A stretch of 60,287 bases of DNA, counting the filler. It is 4 parts of 4 records of this genome, joined end to end, with 100 filler letters (N's around TTAATTAATTAA, not from the genome) between each part and the next. Parts side by side here need not be neighbours in the genome. Positions count along the whole stretch, not along the records: positions 42,802 to 60,287 come from SRR20825019_1960; 3 more parts are not named here. One strand, given 5' to 3'. Positions 49,063 to 60,287 of the stretch are shown here, piece after piece. The notes below the pieces were generated by a model. The model did not search any database and was not told the origin of the DNA. It worked only from the letters and a program-made list of their open reading frames with translations. Position numbers and translations under genes: made by a program. The first letter of the stretch is position 1; each line of letters opens with the position of its first letter.

Positions 49063-49779
49063 ATGTATGGTTGGGACAAATTCCTCAGCGAACGTGACAA
49101 GCTGCATGACCAGCAGTGGGGCAAGAAGGAACTGTCGGGCTTCGGCAGCAAGCCGGCCCTGGTGCTCATCGATATGTACTACAGCGTGGTCGGCCTGACG
49201 CGCGAACCGATCTTTGAATCGATGAAGACCTGGCCGGGCAGCACGGGCCTGGAAGGCTGGGCGGCCGTGGACAAGACCGCCGAACTGCTCGCCGTGGCGC
49301 GGGAAACCGGCGTGCCGGTCGTGCATATCAAGGGCCTCAACAATGGCATGAAGCCCTGGGTGCACCGCAAGCGCGGCCCCTCGACGATGAGCGCCGAAAT
49401 GAAGCTCAAGGGCGAGCAGATCTGTGACGAGGTGGCCCCGATTGCCGGCGAAGTGGTGATCGAGAAAACCGCCCCCAGCGCATTCCAGGGCACGCCCCTG
49501 GCCTTCCATCTCATTTCAATGGGCATCGACACGGTCATCCTGTGCGGCGAGTCGACCAGTGGCTGCCTGCGCGCCAGCGCCGTTGATGCGGCCACCCACC
49601 GTTTCAAGGTCGGCGTGCCAGCGGACTGCGCCTATGACCGCACCGAGGCATCGCACTGGATGAACCTCTACGACATGCATCAGAAATATTCCGATGTCGT
49701 GGATGCCGATTTTGCCAAGGCCTATTTCCGCAAACTCTCGACAGCATCTGAGCCGGCGCTCACCCGCATGGCGAGTTGA
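49063..49779 (+). CDS. isochorismatase-family cysteine amidohydrolase
   Basis: AGGAG RBS; ALVLID, IEKTAPSAFQGT and GESTSGCLRAS triad. Confidence 0.88.
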   Translation: MYGWDKFLSERDKLHDQQWGKKELSGFGSKPALVLIDMYYSVVGLTREPIFESMKTWPGSTGLEGWAAVDKTAELLAVARETGVPVVHIKGLNNGMKPWVHRKRGPSTMSAEMKLKGEQICDEVAPIAGEVVIEKTAPSAFQGTPLAFHLISMGIDTVILCGESTSGCLRASAVDAATHRFKVGVPADCAYDRTEASHWMNLYDMHQKYSDVVDADFAKAYFRKLSTASEPALTRMAS

Positions 49780-49854
49780 TCGGCCCATTCGTCCCCGCCG
49801 CTCCCTCGACGGGGGCGGCACTGCCGCCCCACCCTACCTCCTCGAGGAACGACA

Positions 49855-51396
49855 ATGATTGGCAACATCCGCAAACTGCTTGCCGCGAGCCTGACTCTGC
49901 TGGCCACATTCATGCTTGTCCTGAGCTTTTCTCCGGCCGCCATGGCCCAGGGAAAGACGCTGACTGTCCGCTTTTATGACGATCCTGCGGGGTTCGACCC
50001 CGCCAATATCTTCCGCATCGAGAACGAGAATATCGCGTTCAACATCTTCAGCGGCCTGACCACCTATGATGGTGAAACCGGCGAGATCGTTCCCGACCTG
50101 GCCCTGTCCTGGGAAACCCCGGACAACCAGACCTGGACCTTCAAGCTGCGCGAGGACGTCACCTTCCACAAGGATTATGGCGACTTCACCGCCGCCGACG
50201 TCATCTACAGTTTCAACCGCATCAAGGATCCGGCCACGGCCTCGCCCTATGCTTCCGAGCTGGCCGGCATCGTCAGCATGGACGCACCGGACCCCTATAC
50301 GCTGGTGATCGAGCTGGATGCGCCCAACGGCAATTTCCTGCACACGGTCGCAAATTACCATCAGGGGCAGATCGTCAGCCAGAAAGCCATCGAGGAGGCC
50401 GGGGACCAGGTGCGATGGCAGCCCATCGGCACGGGACCGTTCTATCTGGACTCGATCGATGTGAGCTCGCAGATCGTGCTCAAGCGTCACGAGGACTATT
50501 ACAAGGGTCCGGCCCCCATCGAGACGATCGTCTTCAATATCATCAAGGATGAGGCCACATCGACCATCGCGCTGCGCAATGGCGAGGTGGACCTGGTCAT
50601 GCGCGCCAATCAGGAAGAGAACCTGACGACGCTTGCTGACGAAGGCTTCACCATGAACTCGGTGAAGGACTATGCCGTCGTCATCGGCGTGCTCAACCCC
50701 GAGTTCGAGCCGTTCGCCAATCCGCTGGTGCGCAAGGCCATGGCGCATGCGGTGGACTATGCCTCGATCACCCAGGCCATTTCGCCCAGCCTGACCCAGC
50801 CGCACAATTCCATGCTGCTGCCCTGGATGGACGTCTATACGGACGAAATCCCGACCTACGAATACGATCCGGAGAAGGCCAAGGCCCTGCTGGCCGAGGC
50901 TGGTTACGCCGACGGCTTCACCTTCAAGAACCTGGGAACATCCGCCCAGGGGGTCACCGAGCTGCAGCAATTCCAGATCGACTTCCTCAGCCAGGTCGGC
51001 ATCAACATGGAAATGGAGCTGGTCGATACGCCCACCTTCAACCAGCGCCGCAATGCCGGTGAATTCGACATGGCCTCGCGCCTGCTGCCGGCGGTCAACC
51101 CCGACATGATCCTGTTCAGCTATCTGCACCCGGACAACATGGTGCCCAATGGCCTGAACGGCGCCCGCTACGACAATCCCGAAGTCACCGCCCTGCTCGA
51201 GGCAGCGCGTGCCGAGCCCGACAAGGACGCGGCCTTCGAGATGTACAAGCAGGTGCAGCAGATCGTGGCCGAGGACGCCGTCTATCTGGCCACCTATTCG
51301 AACAACGTCTTCTGGCCGGGCAAGCCCGAAGTGACCGGGGTGAACATCAACTACCTCGCCCAGGTCAATTTCTACGACGTCGACATAGCCGAATAG
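49855..51396 (+). CDS. ABC transporter substrate-binding protein, family 5 (peptide/nickel type)
   Basis: Signal peptide; IVPDLALSWE...WTFKLREDVTFH...FTAADVIYSF; PIGTGPF. Confidence 0.92.
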   Translation: MIGNIRKLLAASLTLLATFMLVLSFSPAAMAQGKTLTVRFYDDPAGFDPANIFRIENENIAFNIFSGLTTYDGETGEIVPDLALSWETPDNQTWTFKLREDVTFHKDYGDFTAADVIYSFNRIKDPATASPYASELAGIVSMDAPDPYTLVIELDAPNGNFLHTVANYHQGQIVSQKAIEEAGDQVRWQPIGTGPFYLDSIDVSSQIVLKRHEDYYKGPAPIETIVFNIIKDEATSTIALRNGEVDLVMRANQEENLTTLADEGFTMNSVKDYAVVIGVLNPEFEPFANPLVRKAMAHAVDYASITQAISPSLTQPHNSMLLPWMDVYTDEIPTYEYDPEKAKALLAEAGYADGFTFKNLGTSAQGVTELQQFQIDFLSQVGINMEMELVDTPTFNQRRNAGEFDMASRLLPAVNPDMILFSYLHPDNMVPNGLNGARYDNPEVTALLEAARAEPDKDAAFEMYKQVQQIVAEDAVYLATYSNNVFWPGKPEVTGVNINYLAQVNFYDVDIAE

Positions 51397-51408
51397 GAGC
51401 GCCCCGCC

Positions 51409-52356
51409 ATGGCCGAATATACCGCAAAGAAGCTGGCCCAGATGCTCGTCACCATCCTTGGCGTTGTCACGCTGGTGTTCTTCACCCTACGCCTCATTCC
51501 CGGTGATGCGGCGTCGGCCATGGCGGGCGACACACTTTCAGGCGAGGCGCTCGAGGTCCTGCGTGCCCAGATGGGCCTCGATGAGCCTCTGCTTAACCAG
51601 TATCTGGGCTTTCTGCGTGACCTGGCGGTGGTGGATCTGGGTGAAACCATCACCACCCGCATTCCCATCGCGGACCTGCTGTGGCGCGCCCTGCCGATCA
51701 CGCTCAGCATCGCCCTGGCGACCATCGTGGTGTCGGTGATCCTGTCGATTCCACTGGGAACCCTGGCCGCATACATGGCCCACAAAGGGCGCAACTGGCT
51801 GGACAACGGCTTGACCGGTGCTGCCATGATCATCGACCTGATGCCCTCGTTCTGGACGGCGCTGGTCCTGCTGCTTGTCTTCTCACTCGGCCTGGGCTGG
51901 TTCCCGGCTTCCGGCCAGCTTAACTGGAGCGATCCCTGGGCGCTCGTCCTCCGCCTGGCGCTGCCGGTCATCGTGCTGTCCCTGTCACAGGTGGCGACCC
52001 TGGCGCGGATCACCCGGACAGCCGTGCTCGAAGTGCTCAACGAGGACTATGTGCGCACCGCCCGTTCGATGGGCTGGTCGGAGCTTCGCGTCCTGTTCCG
52101 CCACGCGCTCAAGAACGCCGCGCTGCCCATCGCCACGGTTGTCGGGCTCAGTTTCGGCAATTTGCTGGGCGGCACGGTGATCGTCGAGTTCATCTTCACC
52201 ATCCCGGGTGTCGGGAACCTGCTTATCGCCGGCATTAACAGCCGCGACTACCAGCTCGTGCAGACCCTGATCGTGCTCTACGCGCTGCTGTTCGTGGTCA
52301 TCAATTTCGCGACCGACCTCATCTACAAGACCCTCGATCCTCGCGTGCAGTTCTAG
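51409..52356 (+). CDS. ABC permease, DppB-like
   Basis: EDYVRTARSMG...HALKNA EAA loop; GTVIVEFIFTIPGVG. Confidence 0.92.
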   Translation: MAEYTAKKLAQMLVTILGVVTLVFFTLRLIPGDAASAMAGDTLSGEALEVLRAQMGLDEPLLNQYLGFLRDLAVVDLGETITTRIPIADLLWRALPITLSIALATIVVSVILSIPLGTLAAYMAHKGRNWLDNGLTGAAMIIDLMPSFWTALVLLLVFSLGLGWFPASGQLNWSDPWALVLRLALPVIVLSLSQVATLARITRTAVLEVLNEDYVRTARSMGWSELRVLFRHALKNAALPIATVVGLSFGNLLGGTVIVEFIFTIPGVGNLLIAGINSRDYQLVQTLIVLYALLFVVINFATDLIYKTLDPRVQF

Positions 52357-52371
52357 GCAAGGACCCCCACC

Positions 52372-53259
52372 ATGGCTGACATCACGATCTCCGCCCCACA
52401 CAGAAGCAAGACGCGCCTGCTGGCTGCCGGCGCCGCGATTGCCCGGAACCGGATGCTGGCACACCCCAAGGTGCGGCTTGCCCTGGTGATCCTGGTGCCC
52501 ATCCTGCTGCTGACCATCCTGGCGCCCGTGCTGCCCATCCAGAAGCCGCTCGAAACCAATTTGCGCGCCATGATGCAGTTCCCCTCGATCGAGCATGTGT
52601 TCGGCACCGACAAGATGGGCCGGGACATCTTCAGCCGCACCCTGGCGGGTGTGCAGGTGTCGCTGCTCGTGGGTTTCAGTGTCGCGGCCATCGCCCTGAC
52701 CTTCGGCATGGTGCTGGGCACCCTGGCGGGCTTTTATGGCGGGCTGATCGACCGGGCGGTCATGACGGTGGTCGACATTTTCCTCGCCTTTCCCTCGCTG
52801 CTGCTGGCCATCGGGCTGGTCTCGGTCATGGGTACGGGCATTGTGCCGGTCATCCTGGCCATTTCGCTGGCCGATGTGCCTCGTTTCATCCGCCTGCAGC
52901 GCTCGCAGGTGCTCAGCCTGCGTTCACGCGCCTTCATCGATGCCGCCCGCACGGTGGATGCCTCGCAGTACTGGCTGATGACCCGGCATATCGTGCCCAA
53001 CACGATTGCAGCCATGCTGGTGGCCGCCAGCATTGCAGCGGCCAATGCCATCCTGGTCGAGGCCAGCCTGAGCTTCCTTGGCCTGGGCATCATGCCGCCC
53101 CAGCCATCGCTCGGGAATATCGTGCGGGACGGCCAGACCTATCTCGAACAGGCCTGGTGGATTTCCACGCTGCCCGGCGTGGTAATCCTGTTGATCGCCA
53201 TCGGTCTGCACTTCCTCTCGGACGGTGTCCGCGAGCTGCTCGACCCGCGTTCGCGCTAA
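52372..53259 (+). CDS. ABC permease, DppC-like
   Basis: HVFGTDKMGRDIFSR, FIDAART, EASLSFLGLG. Confidence 0.92.
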   Translation: MADITISAPHRSKTRLLAAGAAIARNRMLAHPKVRLALVILVPILLLTILAPVLPIQKPLETNLRAMMQFPSIEHVFGTDKMGRDIFSRTLAGVQVSLLVGFSVAAIALTFGMVLGTLAGFYGGLIDRAVMTVVDIFLAFPSLLLAIGLVSVMGTGIVPVILAISLADVPRFIRLQRSQVLSLRSRAFIDAARTVDASQYWLMTRHIVPNTIAAMLVAASIAAANAILVEASLSFLGLGIMPPQPSLGNIVRDGQTYLEQAWWISTLPGVVILLIAIGLHFLSDGVRELLDPRSR

Positions 53260-53274
53260 CCGGAGGAATTCGAA

Positions 53275-55222
<1,948 letters not shown>

Positions 55223-55233
<11 letters not shown>

Positions 55234-56488
55234 CGTTTTGCCTGGTGACTCTGCGGCGCGCTTTGCCCGGTTCGGTGTCATTGGCGGTGGTGTGTTCTTC
55301 ACCATCCAGGGCCTCGCCAACCCCTTTTTCGCGCTCTATGCCACCGAACTGGGGGCATCGACATTCGCGGTTGGCCTGATGGTGACCCTCAAGGCTCTCC
55401 TGCCCATCGTCATCGCCATGCCGGCGGGTCAACTCATCGACTCGATCGGGCCGATGAAGATGCTGAAATATGGCTCCTGGTTCCTGCTCGCCTCGCTGGT
55501 CTGCACGGTGTTTGCCACTGGGATTCCGCTACTGGCCCTGTCGCAGGTGCTGATCGGCGCCTCGGTCATCATCATGGCGTCTTCGTTCCAGGTCCTGGTG
55601 GCCCATGGGGACCGGGACCGGCGCAACAACGCGATCAAGCAATATTCAATGTGGATGTCCGGCGGGGGCATGCTCGGACCCATTATCGGCGGCCTCATCG
55701 CATCGGCATTTGCGGTCCCCAATGAGGGCTATCGTGCAGCATTCATAGCGTCCCTGGTCGCCTGCATATTGTTCATGCTGGTGCTGTTCTGGCTGAGCAC
55801 GCGCTATCCCCATCCCGATGCCAGCAATGTCCGGGTGCGGGATGCCTTCAGCCCCTCGGGCATCCTGACGAGCTACAAGCGCGGCATCGGGCTGGCCGGG
55901 TCGCGTCCGGTACAGTTCGGCCTGACGGGCACGTTCCTCGTCATGTATATCCAGGCGCTCTATATGAGCTTCCTGCCGCTCTACCTGGACCAGAACGGGT
56001 TTGCGACTTTCCTGATTGCCTTGACCATTTCGCTCAAGGGACTGGCCGGGATGCTGTCGCGCTTCGCGCTCAGCTGGCTCATGAAACGCTACTCCCTGGA
56101 GCTCATCCTGCTGGCGGCCGGGACAATTGCCGCAGTGGGTGTCGTGCTGACGCCGTTGGCGGTGGCCAATCCCATCACCATGCTGCTGCTGGCGGCGGTG
56201 ATCGGCGGAGCGGTCGGCGTCAACCTGCCCGTGAGCATCATGATCATGGTCGACGCGGTGGGGGAGAGCGAGCGTGGCAAGCTGATGGGGCTGCGTCTGC
56301 TCGCGAACCGGTTCTCACAGGTTCTGAGCCCCGCCATGTTCGGCATATTGGGACAATTGTTCGGCCTGACCACCGCCTTCTACAGCGGCGGAGCGGCGCT
56401 GGTGGCCACTGTCGTGGGCTTTTCGGCCTATACGATGCATCGGGGACCACTCAAATCGCCGGACAAGTCCAGCGAGCCGGCGGAATAA
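55223..56488 (+). CDS. MFS transporter
   Basis: About 12 TM segments, GQLIDSIGP motif A. Confidence 0.85.
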
Positions 56489-56491
56489 GGC

Positions 56492-58540
56492 ATGAACGCG
56501 CTTTTTGGTGACTTGCCCGTCTCTCCTGCCAGCTGGCGCGAAACGCTGAGGGCCATGCCCTATTTGCCGATCACGCTGGTCGCAGTCGCCGGGCACATGA
56601 TGCTGTTCGGCATGCTGACGCCGGTCATGGCCATCTATGCCCAGAGCTTTGCCGTTCCCGACTGGCAGATCGGGCTGATGATCACCGTGTTCGCGGCCGG
56701 CCGTCTGGCCGCAGACCTGCCGGCGGGGCACTTTGCCTCGCGCATAGGCATCCGTCCCCTGCTGGGGTTCGGGCTGCTGCTCTGCTCCCTGGGCGCCATC
56801 ATGGGCGCCATGGCGCCAAGCTATGCGATGCTCCTGGCCGGACGGGTCATGCAGGGCATTGGCTCGGGCCTGTTCATGACCGCTGCGATGATCTACCTGG
56901 CCCAGAAGAGCGATCGCCGGACGCGCGGCAAGGTCATGTCGATGTTTCAGGGCGCAACCCTGGTTGGCGGGGCCTTCGGGCCAAGCGTTGGTGGGCTGGC
57001 GGCCAATCTGTTCGGGCTTTCCGGACCCTTCTGGGTTGCTGCTGTCATTGGCCTGGTGACCGGTCTGCTCCCACTCATCCTGTTCAAGGATGCGGTTGCG
57101 CAACGCGACGAACCGGCCCAGCCAGGATCGCGCGGCACGCTGGGTCTACTGCTGATCCTGCCTTTCCTCTGCGTGCTGCTGGCCAATTTCGGGTTCTTCA
57201 TGACCCGCACGGCCGGACAGTGGCAGATGATCCCGCTGCTGGCAGACCAGCGCTATGCCATCGGGCCCGACCAATTGGGCCTCGCCATGTCGCTTTCGGC
57301 CGTGGCCAACCTGGTGTCCCTGCCGATCGCGGCCTATGTCGTTGACCGGCTGCCCCGCGCAGCCATCATCACCTTCTCGCTGCTCGCCACTGCTGCCGCC
57401 CTCATCGGCATTGCCATGGCCGACAGTCCGGCCATGCTGTTTGCCGGCATGATCGCCATTGGCCTGGCCACCGGTATCGGCGGCCCGGCCATCGGCGCCT
57501 ATGCCGTGGATGTGGTGCCGACCCGCCAGCAGGGCCCCGCCATGGGCGTGCTGCGCTTTGCCGGAGACCTCGGCTACCTCGTGGGCCCTCTCGCCATCGG
57601 CACCATCGTTGATATCGGCCAGATCGGCTACCACGGCGGCCTTTTCATCAACGCCCTGCTTCTCGTTGCCTTCGGCGCCGTCTTCGTGCTCGGCGGCCGG
57701 CGCCTGTTGATCACCAGACCACACGAGCACGTCCACAACCTCGAACCTAGGAGACCTTTGACCATGACTGAACGTATCTGGGACAAGTATCTGAGCGAAG
57801 AAGACAAGGCCGTATTCGCATCCTCGGGCTTCGGCTCGCTGGCCGAATGGGGCAAGCGCCCTGCCCTGCTGATCATCGACGTCAACTATGCCTTCTGTGA
57901 CGAGAAGCCGACGCCGATCCTGGAGAGCATCAAGAAGTGGCGCACATCGTGCGGCGAATATGCCTGGGAAGCCATGCCGGTGCTGGAAAAGCTCATCGAC
58001 ACCTGCCGTGGCAAGGGCATTCCGGTGATCTACACCACCGGCACGCAACGGCCCGACAAGTGGGATGCCGGCTCCTGGGCCTGGAAGAGTTCACGCCGCA
58101 AAGAGGAAGCCGTCGCGGCAGCGCCCTTGCTGACCAGTGATGGGCTGGACGGCAACGAGATCGTGGCCGAAATCGCGCCCGGCCCGCGCGATATCGTCAT
58201 CCACAAGCAAAAGCCCTCGGGCTTTGCCGGGACGCCGCTGATCTCGTATCTGCAGCTGCTGGGCTGCGACAGCGTCATTGTCACCGGCACCACCACTTCG
58301 GGCTGCGTCCGGGCCACCGTGCTCGACGCCTTTTCGCTCAACTATCGGGTCACCGTGGTGGAAGACGGTTGCTTTGACCGCGCTCAGGCCAACCACGCCA
58401 TTAACCTGTGCGACATGCATGCCAAATACGCCAATGTCATGCCATCCGATGAAGTGATCGAACACCTGAACGGTCTTAGTCAGGGCATGTATGACCTGCC
58501 TTCCGGTGCCGGCATGGAACGGGTTGCCGCGGCGGAGTAA
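56492..58540 (+). CDS. MFS transporter fused in frame to an isochorismatase-family amidohydrolase (internal RBS and ATG at 57764)
   Basis: First ~410 aa are an MFS (GHFASRIGIR, GRVMQGIG). From MTERIWDKYL onward: ALLIID, HKQKPSGF, GTTTSGCVRAT. Confidence 0.8.
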   Translation: MNALFGDLPVSPASWRETLRAMPYLPITLVAVAGHMMLFGMLTPVMAIYAQSFAVPDWQIGLMITVFAAGRLAADLPAGHFASRIGIRPLLGFGLLLCSLGAIMGAMAPSYAMLLAGRVMQGIGSGLFMTAAMIYLAQKSDRRTRGKVMSMFQGATLVGGAFGPSVGGLAANLFGLSGPFWVAAVIGLVTGLLPLILFKDAVAQRDEPAQPGSRGTLGLLLILPFLCVLLANFGFFMTRTAGQWQMIPLLADQRYAIGPDQLGLAMSLSAVANLVSLPIAAYVVDRLPRAAIITFSLLATAAALIGIAMADSPAMLFAGMIAIGLATGIGGPAIGAYAVDVVPTRQQGPAMGVLRFAGDLGYLVGPLAIGTIVDIGQIGYHGGLFINALLLVAFGAVFVLGGRRLLITRPHEHVHNLEPRRPLTMTERIWDKYLSEEDKAVFASSGFGSLAEWGKRPALLIIDVNYAFCDEKPTPILESIKKWRTSCGEYAWEAMPVLEKLIDTCRGKGIPVIYTTGTQRPDKWDAGSWAWKSSRRKEEAVAAAPLLTSDGLDGNEIVAEIAPGPRDIVIHKQKPSGFAGTPLISYLQLLGCDSVIVTGTTTSGCVRATVLDAFSLNYRVTVVEDGCFDRAQANHAINLCDMHAKYANVMPSDEVIEHLNGLSQGMYDLPSGAGMERVAAAE

Positions 58541-58547
58541 CGCCTTA

Positions 58548-58577
58548 GCCTCCGTGCTGTTGCATGAGCACGGAGGC
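58548..58577 (+). terminator. stem-loop closing the amidase/ABC operon
   Basis: GCCTCCGTGCT-8nt-AGCACGGAGGC, an 11-bp stem 8 nt after the stop. Confidence 0.6.
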
Positions 58578-58718
58578 GCTAGCCCCACAGGGTTCAGGAT
58601 CAGTCAACGCTTCCCGATTGGCGGCAACGCCGCTCCACTCAGTTCCGTGATAATCGGGTCGCGCGGCGATTGCGGAAAGACTAGGTGCGACCGAACCTTT
58701 TCGGAGCACTGCAGTCCC

Positions 58719-59942
58719 ATGATATTCCACTCCCGTTTTGCCCGCCTCAGCTGGTCCACCCTGGCGGCCCAGGTGGCGGAGCAGCTTGCCCTTGCGGCCG
58801 CGCCGATTGTAGCGGTGCTTGCGCTTGCGGCCGGAGCAGCGGAGACGTCCCTGCTTCAGGCGGCGCAGACGCTGCCCTTCCTGCTGTTCGCGATTCCCAT
58901 CGGACTGGTGATCGACCGCGCTCCGAAGCGGACAGTTATGGCGCTGGGCGAAATGCTGCGTGCGGCTGCCCTACTCTGCCTTGTGGCCCTGCTGATTTCT
59001 GGTCACCTCAACCTGGTGCTGCTTGCAGGTCTGGGCTTTCTGGGAGCAGTGGGCACTGTGTGTTTCACCGTAGCTGCGCCGGCGCTGTTGCCGCTGATCG
59101 TGGGGCCAAACGAGTTGACGAGCGCCAATCGCTGGTTGGAGCTCGCGCGCAGCAGCGCCTTTGTTGCAGGGCCCGCCTTGGGCGGAGCGCTGGTGGGGCA
59201 ACTTGGAGCGTCGCCCGCCTATCTGTTGGCCTTCGCTCTATCTGCCGTGTCCGTTGCACTGCTTCTAACCATCAAGGAGCCGGCGGTAAAACCAGCCCCA
59301 TCACGTCCGGTTCTCGCTGACCTTGGCGAAGGGGTCTCCTTTGTTTTCCGCCATCCATTGCTTCGACCGATCTGCCTGACGGCAGTATTTTTCAACCTGA
59401 GCTGGTTTGTCATGCACGGTGTCTTCGTCGCTTATGCGATCAGCGACCTCGCCATGAGTGCCAGCGCCGTCGGGCTTGTTCTGGGGACATATGGTGCCGG
59501 TCTGGTGGTCGGTGCGGCCCTTACGCCGATCCTTGGCCGGGTTTTTTCCACCGGCGTGCTCATTCTCATTGGCCCGGCCTGTGGAGCCTTGGGGTCGATG
59601 TTGGTTCTTTCCACTCTTTGGTTTCCCCAGCCTATGCTCGTCGTCTTGGCCTATTTCCTGATGGGTGCCGGGCCAATGGTCTGGTCGATCACCACCATGA
59701 CGTTGAGGCAGGCAGTTACCCCGCAATCAATGCTGGGGAGGGTATCTGCGGTGATTGTTACCGCAACCACTGGGGCAGCACCTGTCGGCGCAGTGGTGGG
59801 TGCAGGAGTGGCATCGACCCTGGGGGTCGGTGCGTGTCTGGTGTTGGCAAGTGCCGGGTTTCTGGTGCAGTTGGCGATCATCGCAACCTCCCCGGCGCGA
59901 CGACTGCAACATCAGCCCGTGGGAATTCTGCCTGTGACCTGA
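58719..59942 (+). CDS. MFS transporter (H+ antiporter / MFS_3-like)
   Basis: LPFLLFAIPIGLVIDRAPKR, LRQAVTPQSMLGRVSA. Confidence 0.85.
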   Translation: MIFHSRFARLSWSTLAAQVAEQLALAAAPIVAVLALAAGAAETSLLQAAQTLPFLLFAIPIGLVIDRAPKRTVMALGEMLRAAALLCLVALLISGHLNLVLLAGLGFLGAVGTVCFTVAAPALLPLIVGPNELTSANRWLELARSSAFVAGPALGGALVGQLGASPAYLLAFALSAVSVALLLTIKEPAVKPAPSRPVLADLGEGVSFVFRHPLLRPICLTAVFFNLSWFVMHGVFVAYAISDLAMSASAVGLVLGTYGAGLVVGAALTPILGRVFSTGVLILIGPACGALGSMLVLSTLWFPQPMLVVLAYFLMGAGPMVWSITTMTLRQAVTPQSMLGRVSAVIVTATTGAAPVGAVVGAGVASTLGVGACLVLASAGFLVQLAIIATSPARRLQHQPVGILPVT

Positions 59943-60003
59943 ACGCAAGCTGACATCTGGGCCGCGCGACACGAGCAGGCGCCTCAGTATCGAGGCGGAT
60001 TTC

Positions 60004-60078
60004 TGGCTGGGGCGCCAGGATTCGAACCTGGGAATGCCGGTACCAAAAACCGGTGCCTTACCACTTGGCGACGCCCCA
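60004..60078 (-). tRNA. tRNA-Gln(TTG), CCA encoded
   Basis: TGGGGCG/CGCCCCA acceptor stem, CCGGT-TTTTGGT-ACCGG anticodon arm, GGTTCGAATCC T-arm. Confidence 0.95.
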
Positions 60079-60157
60079 ACTTGGTGCCGGTTCCTACACG
60101 GTTCAGCCGCGCCGTGCAACACGATCTGCACCACGTGTAAAAGGTTGTGACAAGCGC

Positions 60158-60186
60158 TTGAACACGGAAAAGACCACAGCTATAAA
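60158..60186 (+). promoter_or_regulatory. sigma70-type promoter for tRNA-Pro
   Basis: TTGAAC-N17-TATAAA followed by a GC-rich discriminator. Confidence 0.6.
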
Positions 60187-60250
60187 GCCGCCACATCGCG
60201 GCAGGGTCGACACGTTCGGCCCATGCCTTCCCGACATGCCGCGAGTCTGA

Positions 60251-60287
60251 CGGAGTATAGCGCAGCCTGGTAGCGCACCTGCTTCGG
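60251..60287 (+). tRNA. tRNA-Pro(CGG), truncated by window edge
   Basis: CGGAGTATAGCGCAGCCTGGTAGCGCACCTGCTTCGG is the 5' half of a tRNA-Pro, up to the anticodon. Confidence 0.88.

Overview
The window is not one molecule. It is four unrelated contigs joined by three artificial 100-nt spacers (44 N + TTAATTAATTAA + 44 N at 9003-9102, 16469-16568 and 42702-42801). Contig A (1-9002) is GC-rich alphaproteobacterial DNA. It carries an aromatic/amide catabolic cluster (4,5-dihydroxyphthalate-decarboxylase-like gene, DMT transporter, TPP enzyme, MarR, isochorismatase-family hydrolase, IclR), followed by a scar of TRAP, integrase and nuclease fragments. Contig B (9103-16468) is alphaproteobacterial: an SDR fragment, two LysR modules (MDR oxidoreductase; wrbA-DsbA-PecM-like), an epoxide-hydrolase remnant and a c-type cytochrome. 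Contig C (16569-42701) is nuclear DNA from a compact, probably flagellated eukaryote with standard stop codons and short GT-AG introns. It holds ten genes: MsrB, SLC26/SulP, a TPR+IQ giant, OFD1-like, a secreted Cys-rich protein, VOC/glyoxalase, LpxD, WD40, TFIIIA-like and a pogo/CENP-B-like HTH protein. These genes strictly alternate in strand, and every head-to-head gap holds an extremely GC-rich island, three of the four with a central AT-rich core. This is the most striking pattern in the window. Contig D (42802-60287) is alphaproteobacterial: a GntR/TRAP/DgoD-like cluster, then LysR plus two isochorismatase-family amidases flanking a peptide-type ABC transporter and MFS genes (one MFS fused in frame to an amidase), ending at divergent tRNA-Gln(TTG) and tRNA-Pro(CGG). 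All family calls come from reading motifs by eye; no database search was run.
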